Both the position numbers and the translations under genes were made by a program. A DNA stretch of 25,222 nt from Candidatus Woesearchaeota archaeon (GTDB lineage: Archaea > Nanobdellota > Nanobdellia > Pacearchaeales > GW2011-AR1): positions 1 through 25,222 of the forward strand of contig CAYNAC010000001.1 of assembly GCA_964395155.1 (NCBI GenBank), read 5' to 3'. Position 1 is the stretch's first letter; every line of letters starts with the position of its first letter. Of the stretch, positions 25,221 to 25,222 are shown in pieces. The notes under the pieces are model-generated. The model was not told the origin of the DNA. It did no database searches and saw only the letters and a list, made by a program, of their open reading frames with translations.

Positions 25221-25222
25221 CG

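Noticed and set aside
1-25222. tRNA/rRNA genes, IS elements, integrases, prophage, recoded stop codons
   Set aside because: No GC-rich structured RNA stretch, T-loop motif, or transposase/integrase motif was seen, and conserved genes are intact under the standard archaeal code.

Overview
AT-rich archaeal chromosomal segment, most likely a DPANN archaeon (Pacearchaeota/Woesearchaeota-like). This is inferred from archaeal ribosomal proteins eS19/eL39/eL31, a short histone-fold protein, form III RuBisCO, many class III signal-peptide proteins and large N-glycosylation-rich surface proteins. The housekeeping core is lysS (class II), the histone, rps19e-rpl39e-[unknown ORF]-rpl31e, acylphosphatase, DUF362 and a catalytically complete form III RuBisCO. 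The rest is dominated by cell-surface genes. No rRNA, tRNA, CRISPR array, transposase, integrase or reverse transcriptase was seen. The most striking locus is 16894-21948 (-). There, a 1145-aa membrane-anchored surface protein begins with a ribbon-helix-helix (RHH) DNA-binding domain fused in frame ahead of its signal peptide, and tandem 13-bp direct repeats (20-bp period) sit just upstream of its promoter. The upstream gene, a secreted Ser-His-Glu GATase-fold hydrolase, shares a ~150-aa domain with it, including a 101-bp near-identical repeat. Recombination across that repeat would delete the RHH/promoter cassette and fuse the two genes in frame. Other points of interest are an unannotated 25-aa ultra-acidic microprotein with its own promoter, a DUF11-like adhesin ending in a cytoplasmic PRC-barrel, a phosphatase embedded in a pilin-like operon and an orphan ORF inside the ribosomal operon. 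All calls are by-eye motif recognition; no searches were run.
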